Origin: Laetmonice hystrix
Taxonomy: Eukaryota
Assembly (NCBI GenBank): GCA_965235115.1
Contig: OZ249436.1
Coordinates: 37,140,001-37,204,000, forward strand
Direction: 5' to 3'
DNA: 64,000 nt
Each line of letters opens with the position of its first letter. The stretch's first letter is position 1. This document shows positions 63,720-64,000 of this stretch, one piece after another. Made by a program: the position numbers and the translations under genes. Under the pieces are notes generated by a model. That model was not told the DNA's origin, did not search any database, and saw nothing but the letters and a program-made list of their open reading frames with translations.

Positions 63720-64000
63720 GATAATCAGCAAGTAATGAGACACGCCGCAGATTATTGTGATGATCCAGCAATTTCCCTTCGAACATCTACAGAAAGGCCG
63801 TTTCTTCTGTTACATCAATTAGCCTTTCCATTAGAAACGTGACTCGCCACTGCTGTCCGACACGCCCATTGTGATCGGGGGAAATTGGTCGCTCTCTTCG
63901 CCTCGCGTCACCTTCTCTGGCCACCTTGAATGGAAGTCTCCCGAATGAGAACATCTCCAAAAGAAACACGTCCACCTTGTAAGCAAATCATCTAACTGGT
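63720..64000 (-). pseudogene. Decayed tyrosine-kinase-like C-lobe fragment (subdomains IX-XI)
   Basis: 'R*FAYKVDVF-LLEMFSFGRLPF' resembles F..KSDVWSFGVLL.EMFS.G..PF with SFGV deleted. Then 'LMERL.DV.EE..FL*M' and, after a frameshift, 'NCW'. Runs off the window edge. Confidence 0.4.

Overview
Gene-poor, repeat-dense eukaryotic DNA. The SINE tails, MITE types and many G/C homopolymers suggest an invertebrate, probably a lophotrochozoan (inference). I found no intact protein-coding gene, rRNA, tRNA gene or CRISPR array. The main features are: (1) a ~4.3-kb near-perfect palindromic (foldback) element with TGT..ACA ends and nested tandem arrays (30740-35025); (2) a 1.46-kb foldback element with TATGG..CCATA ends, a 6-bp TSD and 29-bp arrays in its arms (24076-25534, IS3EU-like); (3) a ~12-kb block of nested tandem duplications built around a ~1.0-1.2-kb unit (about 35.7-48.3 kb); (4) many MITEs with diagnosable TSDs, tRNA-derived SINEs, a ~114-bp short retroposon family and LINE 3' relics (Tx1/L1-like, CR1/L2-like); (5) several heavily decayed host-gene relics recognised by eye from motifs: ionotropic-glutamate-receptor-like, NACHT-like, trypsin-like/FAM111-like protease and tyrosine-kinase-like. 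All family assignments are by inspection, without database searches.
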